Source of the DNA: an uncultured Candidatus Saccharibacteria bacterium
Lineage (GTDB): Bacteria; Patescibacteriota; Minisyncoccia; Phycocordibacterales; UBA12088
Length of the DNA stretch: 64,000 bases
Assembly: GCA_964567265.1 (NCBI GenBank)
Contig: CAZMLK010000003.1
Span: 7,800-71,799 of the forward strand
Direction of reading: 5' to 3'
Shown: positions 58,915 to 64,000 of the stretch, in pieces
Position numbering within the stretch: the stretch's first letter is position 1
How the letters are laid out: every line of letters starts with the position of its first letter
Made by a program: the position numbers and the translations under genes
Notes under the pieces: model-generated
The model's database searches: none
Told to the model about the DNA's origin: nothing
Seen by the model: the letters and a program-made list of their open reading frames with translations, nothing else

Positions 58915-59643
58915 ATGGATGTTCGCGAAGCGAAAGAAAAAATTAATTTTGTAAGAGAAAAACTGCTAGAAGTTCAGAGAATTACATATCTTCCGGACAG
59001 CATGTACGCGGAGGTTTTGAGCGCGCGCGACTCAATGGAGGAGTCTTATCCCGAAGAGAGTAAAGCAGTGCGTGAGTGCTGGGACGCCATACAAAGGTCA
59101 CTGCCGTCGGGCATTTCTGTCGATGGTAACCTGGTGAGACACCTTTCCTTCAATCAGGCCACCGATTGGTTTGATATTTCGCGCTCAGACATACCAAGAG
59201 AACTAACAAAATTGAAAGAATACGAGCAGAGACTTGCTCTAATAGTCTATATGGAATCTCTCCACCCACAGGTTGCGAGGGTTTCAGAAATTGTCTTAAA
59301 CGGTGATATAGACGCCGGCCTGAAAACCGTGTTTGCTTCGCTAGATGCGTCCATTCGTGCGCACTTGAAGGTGCGACCAAACGAATCGTCTGTGTCGATG
59401 ATAGGGAAGGCATTCAAGGACGGGGATTTGGTCGCGCGACAGCCGGAGAATAGCGACAGTGCAAGAAACTTTCTTCAGGGCGTGGTTGGTTACTATAGGT
59501 CAATTATTGTTCACAATGCACTCTCACAAAATAGAAACAGCGTAGAGGGTGCGCTCTCACTATTTGCATTGGCACACGAAGCGTTTCGCTTATTCGATTC
59601 CTGCGCGAGGGAGCAAGAGGGCGTTCCGAAGAGCTCAGGTTAG
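58915..59643 (+). CDS. Lower-GC hypothetical protein with a C-terminal HEPN-like R-x4-H motif (Abi_C-type region); possible defence/abortive-infection-associated
   Basis: GVVGYYRSIIVHNAL carries R-x4-H. Lower GC than the flanks. Speculative. Confidence 0.45.
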   Translation: MDVREAKEKINFVREKLLEVQRITYLPDSMYAEVLSARDSMEESYPEESKAVRECWDAIQRSLPSGISVDGNLVRHLSFNQATDWFDISRSDIPRELTKLKEYEQRLALIVYMESLHPQVARVSEIVLNGDIDAGLKTVFASLDASIRAHLKVRPNESSVSMIGKAFKDGDLVARQPENSDSARNFLQGVVGYYRSIIVHNALSQNRNSVEGALSLFALAHEAFRLFDSCAREQEGVPKSSG

Positions 59644-59706
59644 TAATGATGCCGCACTTCCACAAAATTGATTTCAATGGGGACCTGCGCATCGTATATA
59701 AAGAAG

Positions 59707-59771
59707 AAAGGTGCGGCTCCGTTTTCGGAGCCGCACCTTTGTGCGAGGGCGGCGATTCATCGGCCGCCCTC
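59707..59771. terminator. Tandem hairpins between convergent genes
   Basis: Hairpin 1: AAAGGTGCGGCTCCG-tttt-CGGAGCCGCACCTTT (15 bp). Hairpin 2: GAGGGCGGC-gattcatcg-GCCGCCCTC, whose loop contains the stop of the minus-strand gene. Confidence 0.6.
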
Positions 59772-60257
59772 GAATGGATGCACTGACTTGTTTTCGTAAT
59801 ACCACATGAGCAGGGTCTCGAGATGGGTCGGGAGGTACATTTCCCCGCAATCGAACATGTTCTGTTCGAGTGAGCGGATTACTTCCGGCTTCTCAGAAAA
59901 TATCGTGGCGAGCGCGCTCCGCACGTTGGCCCAGAAAGGATGTGAGAAAAGATCGAACCCGCACTCGCTGCGAGCGGCATATTCATGGGGAAGTGCTGCC
60001 TCGGAAGCCTGTATGGGCTGCCGCAAGAGTATGGCCAGCAGTCGTACCATGCCGTTAGCACAGTCGCTTTCGGGAAGCTCGGGAACGCGAGACCGCTCCG
60101 CATAGGCCTTTCGAAAGAGGGTAAGGACACCAGGGTCTTGCGACCTGAAACCTGCCAGTAGGTCTGCAAGGCGGAATACTGGCTTTTCGATTACAGTCGT
60201 CGAGGCATCTTTCGTGGCGACGCGCTCCAGAGGAAACGCATATATGGTTGCTGGCAT
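59757..60257 (-). CDS. Hypothetical protein (166 aa)
   Basis: AAAGGAG SD 6 nt upstream of the internal ATG (MPATIYAFPLE…). The track start 60377 is a probable 40-codon extension. Confidence 0.5.
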   Translation of the reverse strand: MPATIYAFPLERVATKDASTTVIEKPVFRLADLLAGFRSQDPGVLTLFRKAYAERSRVPELPESDCANGMVRLLAILLRQPIQASEAALPHEYAARSECGFDLFSHPFWANVRSALATIFSEKPEVIRSLEQNMFDCGEMYLPTHLETLLMWYYENKSVHPFEGGR

Positions 60258-60398
60258 ATGCCGCTCCTTTTGTCGGTGTACAAGGGTTCTACCGAATGGG
60301 AACATCGATGCTGGGCACAAGGTTACCAAGGAACCATGGTATTGGCGAGCCTGGGGACCTTTTGAGCCCGAGGCCATAATCTGCTAGGATAGGCCCAC

Positions 60399-61820
60399 AT
60401 GACACCATATCGCCTAACCGTCGGTCTCGAGGTCCACGCAGAGCTGGCAACCGCCACCAAGATGTTCTGCAACTCCAAGAATGACCCTGATGAGACCCGC
60501 CCGAACGTGAACATCTGCCCGGTCTGTATGGCGCATCCGGGAACGCTTCCAGTTCCGAACAAAGAGGCGGTGAAGCATGTCCTCAAGGTCGGACTCGCGC
60601 TCGGGGGCACCATTGCCGACTATACCGAGTTCGATCGCAAGAACTATTTCTATCCTGACATTCCGAAAGGGTACCAGCTCAGCCAGTACAAGTATCCGCT
60701 CGTCTCGGGTGGCGAGCTCGCGGGCATCGCGGTCACACGCGTGCATCTTGAAGAGGACACGGCACGTTCGCAGCATGACGGGGAAGGGAGCATCGTCGAC
60801 TTCAATCGCGCCGGCGTTCCACTCATGGAGCTCGTGACCGAACCGGTCATCAAGAGCGCGGAAGAAGCCGGGAAGTTTGCGCGCGAGCTCCAGCTCCTCT
60901 TTCGCACGCTCGGCGTCTCCGAGGCCAACATGGAAAAGGGGGAGATGCGCGTCGAGGCCAACATCTCGGTCTCGAAGACCGACGCCTTTGGTACGAAGGT
61001 CGAGGTCAAGAACCTCAACTCCTTCAAGTCGGTCGAGAAGGCGATCGCATACGAGCTCGAGCGTCAGTCGAAGCTCATCGATGGCGGCGGAGTCGTTGTT
61101 CAGGAAACGCGCGGGTGGGATGAGATCAAGCAGGTCACGTTCTCGCAGCGACTTAAGGAAACATCCGAAGACTATCGGTACTTCCCGGATCCTGATCTAC
61201 CGAAACTCATCATCTCTGAGATTCCAGAATTTTCTGAAGAAGCGCTTCGAAAAGAAATGCCTGAACTTCCTGATGCGAAGCGTGCACGTTTTGCAAAAGA
61301 GTTCGGACTCAAGTCTGCAGACATCGAAAATTTCGTGCAGGATGAAACGCTCGGAAATTTCTTCGAGTCAGTAATTGGTGCAGGGAAGTTTGGAAGCGAT
61401 GCTGCACAGCTAGCGGCGAACTACATCACCTCAGATCTCGCAGGCATCTTGAAGGCGAAGGGAGTGACCCTCTCCGAGCTCAAGGTCACGGCCGAGAGCT
61501 TCGCCAAGGTGGTCGCCATGATCGGGGAGGGCAAGCTCTCCTCACGCGGCGCCAAGGACCTCCTCGGGGTCCTGGCCGATGAAGGGGGCGACCCAGCCAC
61601 CATCGCGGAGGGCAGGGGACTCCTCCAGCAAAACGACGAGGGAGCGCTCCTCGCGATCGTCGAGAAGGTGCTCGACGCGAACAAAGGAGTCGTCGACGAG
61701 TACAAAGCAGGCAAAGAATCATCACTCCAATTTCTTGTCGGTCAGGTGATGAAGGAGACGAAGGGTTCAGCAAACCCCGGAGTACTCCAAAAACTCCTCA
61801 AAGAGGCTCTCAGTAAATAG
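60399..61820 (+). CDS. gatB: Aspartyl/glutamyl-tRNA(Asn/Gln) amidotransferase subunit B
   Basis: VGLEVHAEL, NICPVCMAHPGTLP, RVEANISV and the C-terminal GatB/YqeY domain. 473 aa. Confidence 0.9.
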   Translation: MTPYRLTVGLEVHAELATATKMFCNSKNDPDETRPNVNICPVCMAHPGTLPVPNKEAVKHVLKVGLALGGTIADYTEFDRKNYFYPDIPKGYQLSQYKYPLVSGGELAGIAVTRVHLEEDTARSQHDGEGSIVDFNRAGVPLMELVTEPVIKSAEEAGKFARELQLLFRTLGVSEANMEKGEMRVEANISVSKTDAFGTKVEVKNLNSFKSVEKAIAYELERQSKLIDGGGVVVQETRGWDEIKQVTFSQRLKETSEDYRYFPDPDLPKLIISEIPEFSEEALRKEMPELPDAKRARFAKEFGLKSADIENFVQDETLGNFFESVIGAGKFGSDAAQLAANYITSDLAGILKAKGVTLSELKVTAESFAKVVAMIGEGKLSSRGAKDLLGVLADEGGDPATIAEGRGLLQQNDEGALLAIVEKVLDANKGVVDEYKAGKESSLQFLVGQVMKETKGSANPGVLQKLLKEALSK

Positions 61821-61835
61821 GCGGCAAATAAAAAA

Positions 61836-61866
61836 AATCTCGTCAAAACGAGATTCTTTTTATTTG
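61836..61866 (+). terminator. Intrinsic terminator; also one copy of the dispersed AAATCTCGTC…GACGAGATT motif
   Basis: AATCTCGT-caaa-ACGAGATT followed by CTTTTTATTTG. Confidence 0.7.
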
Positions 61867-62200
61867 CAACGTATTTTGGCAAATCTCGGCTAGCAATGTA
61901 TGGGTGGCGAGATTCAATTAGAGACACCCCTGGACCAGAATTTGAGACGTGACTCCCCTACCCACCCTCAAATACGCAGAGTCGTCGACCTTGAGGGTAG
62001 ATCCACATAAGACCGACAGGCTCTCTAGGGCTGACTGAATGCAGTGACCCTTAAAATTCGGAACGAGGCGACCTCGCTATACTCGGCCTGCCACCGACCC
62101 GCGCCTAGCTGCTTCATGAGCCACTCGTCTGGGCAGAATGGCTGCCTGCTGTGGAATGGGGTATCTCGGCAAGACGATAAAGAGAGTGTAGAATACGTGT

Positions 62201-63130
62201 ATGGATGACACTCTAGTTATCGCTGGAAAGCAGTATATCTCGGCTAGACGAGCTGCCGAGATATCGAAGTATGCGAAGGATTACATCGGCCAGATGTGCC
62301 GGTCGGGGAAGCTTGAGGGAAAGCTCATCGGCCGTAACTGGTACATCGATCCGCATGCGCTCATGGCGCTTTCGAACAAGGGCCGAAGCAAGGCGTCGGA
62401 CGAGTCTACTTCTGCAGAGGTCGGTCAGGTCTCTGAGCGAGCCTCCGTGCTTCTCGAAGAAACGACCTTTGCATACGAGCCGAAGGAATACTCATTCGAG
62501 TCTGATGACCGCCCTCTGGTCCCAGAATTCGCTAAGCGTGAGCGAGAAGTGGAGGCACCCACCGTCCCTATGAATCATCTGGTACCCATTGAAGAACTCG
62601 GAGTGAGTCTTGTAGGGGGGCAGTCTGAAGGGGAAACGGAACCTGCGGAAGCTTTCGGGGATCCTGTAGTCGAGGAAGATCGGTCGCACGGTACCAGTGC
62701 TGTATGGGAGCCTGTGACCTCTGTTGCAGGGCATACCGACCAGGAAAGTCACTACCGGGAGGAGATCGTTGCGCGCAAGCGGACGTCCCCCTCTAAGTAC
62801 GCGGTCGATCTCAGGCAGTTTGCATCCAAGCAGGCCACTCCAGTCCATGTACAGCCAGAGATTGCCCGACCTGTGCGGAAGGCAGCTCCAAAGCGTATTG
62901 CCGCACCAGTAGAGAAGCAGCCGACCCGCCACAAGCGTTCCATGACAGTTCCCATGCTCATTACTGCAACAGTATTCGCTGGGATGGTCTTAGTGATCTC
63001 AGGAGCAGGGAATCGTGCGGTCCAGTACCCTGAGAATAGGAGCATCTACGAAGTCAGTTACGCCTCGATCCGTGCAGCTGCACTAGATTCCATGAATCAA
63101 ATAAATCTCGTCAAAAAGAGAAACCCTTAG
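62201..63130 (+). CDS. Excisionase-type HTH (HTH_17-like) DNA-binding protein with acidic disordered middle region and a C-terminal TM helix
   Basis: N-terminal ISARRAAEISKYAKDYIGQMCRSGKLEGKLIGRNWYIDPHAL (Xis/MerR-like). TM helix VPMLITATVFAGMVLVISGA near the C-terminus. The coding sequence contains the TATCTCGGC…GCCGAGATA inverted repeat. Confidence 0.55.
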   Translation: MDDTLVIAGKQYISARRAAEISKYAKDYIGQMCRSGKLEGKLIGRNWYIDPHALMALSNKGRSKASDESTSAEVGQVSERASVLLEETTFAYEPKEYSFESDDRPLVPEFAKREREVEAPTVPMNHLVPIEELGVSLVGGQSEGETEPAEAFGDPVVEEDRSHGTSAVWEPVTSVAGHTDQESHYREEIVARKRTSPSKYAVDLRQFASKQATPVHVQPEIARPVRKAAPKRIAAPVEKQPTRHKRSMTVPMLITATVFAGMVLVISGAGNRAVQYPENRSIYEVSYASIRAAALDSMNQINLVKKRNP

Positions 63131-64000
63131 TTGTAAATATATTTTTACTATTTTAGACAATATAATTTGGACCCGAAAGGGTCTTTTTTAATTCCTTCAT
63201 TCACCAAATTCCTGAAGTAATCAGTGCTTAGCTGCTGCATCGAGGGGTATTGCCAGGTGTTGCATCGGCCTGAATACAAAAAAAGGGGCTGTCAGAGGCT
63301 CATGAGTGGGGCCATCTCCAAGCTCTTCTAAAGACTCGCGAGCGCGAGAGATCTTACCTAGGCTTAGAGCACGGAAAGCTGTGTAAACTCATGGCCACAG
63401 GACAGTGTGCGCTTGCTTGCGCCAAAGTCGCGGCGACACACCGCAGTGTCCTTGGCGTACGTTATTTGTAGTGAGGAGGCCCCTGCAGCAGTCACTTGAG
63501 GGAAGTTAGCCTCTTCAAGTTAATTAAATCCCTCTAGTGTGCGTCCGAAGGGCGTGATTTTGTATCTCGGGGAAGCTCCGCCCGGACAGACATGACTACG
63601 GGGCAGCAACCTCAGTCGACATCGGGGACCTCAAGACCTGTGGGCGAATCAATTAGGTACTAAAGCCCATCATTTTTCAGGGTGACCGCTTTAAAGTCAC
63701 TCAAGGTAGCATGGAGATTTTATGTTATTTAATCCTTATTTTAATTCATATCTCGTCTAGACGAGATTTATTTCAGAAAATAAATAGCTCGGAAATCCGT
63801 AAATCAAGATAAATCCCTGGATCGGCGATAGATGATCCCCACATAAGCGCAGTCAGGCTTCCATCAATGTGAGTACTGCCTCAGCCGTTTACGTCGCTGC
63901 ATTACTTTCACTGCTCGAGTGCCGACAGAGGCAAGTCACAACCCTGTTTTTTGAGCGAAATACACCTACTGCGCGTCTAAAAAGGCTATATATCAAGCTA
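63131..64000. other. ~870-bp segment with no ORF >=60 aa in any frame, lower GC, many local and long-range inverted repeats: candidate structured ncRNA(s), identity unresolved
   Basis: Absence of ORFs in a 62%-GC genome is itself unusual. Palindromes CTCGCGAGCGCGAG, GGCCAT…ATGGCC, and ATCTCGTCtaGACGAGAT. The minus strand carries GTCCGGGCGGAGC, resembling the RNase P RNA CR-I (GUCCGGGCUCC), but the other RNase P signature regions were not found. Confidence 0.25.

Noticed and set aside
63280-63700. Possible tmRNA starting GGGGCTG at ~63284
   Set aside because: No tRNA-like T-arm/acceptor 3' end (…TCCACCA) and no tag-peptide reading frame, so it is not called as tmRNA. The region is retained only as an unassigned structured RNA candidate.
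63800-64000. Start of an rRNA operon at the window end
   Set aside because: No match to conserved 16S or 23S 5' sequences (AGAGTTTGATC…, GGTTAAGT…).

Overview
This is a high-GC (~60%) bacterial window with tightly packed, frequently overlapping genes; the gene content looks like a Patescibacteria/CPR (Parcubacteria-type) genome. Evidence for that call: a DUF4015/GHL15 protein, a lamin-tail-domain surface protein, many GT4 glycosyltransferases, scattered mur genes and several low-GC orphan genes. In order along the window: a fasciclin-like gene 3' end and its terminator; tRNA-Leu(CAG); murI-murD; a 71-aa Cys-rich gene on the opposite strand; murC; a minus-strand pair comprising an HTTM/DCC-fusion membrane protein and a small helical protein; rsmI; a low-GC orphan gene; a small membrane protein plus the GHL15 protein; a VirD4/HerA-like P-loop ATPase followed by a secreted LTD-PKD protein. 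From about 13.8 to 51.6 kb there is a very large glycan-biosynthesis locus containing: at least 8 GT4 and 2 GT2 glycosyltransferases; GtrA; two paralogous GT-C-like membrane proteins; at least 6 SAM methyltransferases; RfbA/RfbB; an FdtA-like ketoisomerase; a TylC3-like sugar C-methyltransferase; an SDR and a PhyH-like oxygenase; AsnB; two short UGDH-like dehydrogenases; a Wzx flippase and a Wzy/WaaL-like ligase with TPR repeats. After that come murB, an unannotated 39-aa lysine-rich histone-like gene in an AT-rich island, secA, a low-GC secreted protein, a DUF360 holin-like protein, DUF1653, a MYG1-like protein, obg, a low-GC HEPN-like protein and gatB. The last ~2 kb holds a dispersed inverted-repeat motif, a membrane-anchored excisionase-type HTH protein, and an ~870-bp ORF-free lower-GC segment that may encode structured RNA. 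Many convergent gene pairs are separated by perfect hairpins that span both stop codons. Several ORF-track entries are N-terminally over-extended and several long ORFs are antisense artefacts of the high GC content; corrected starts are given. All functional calls are from visible motifs only; no database search was run.
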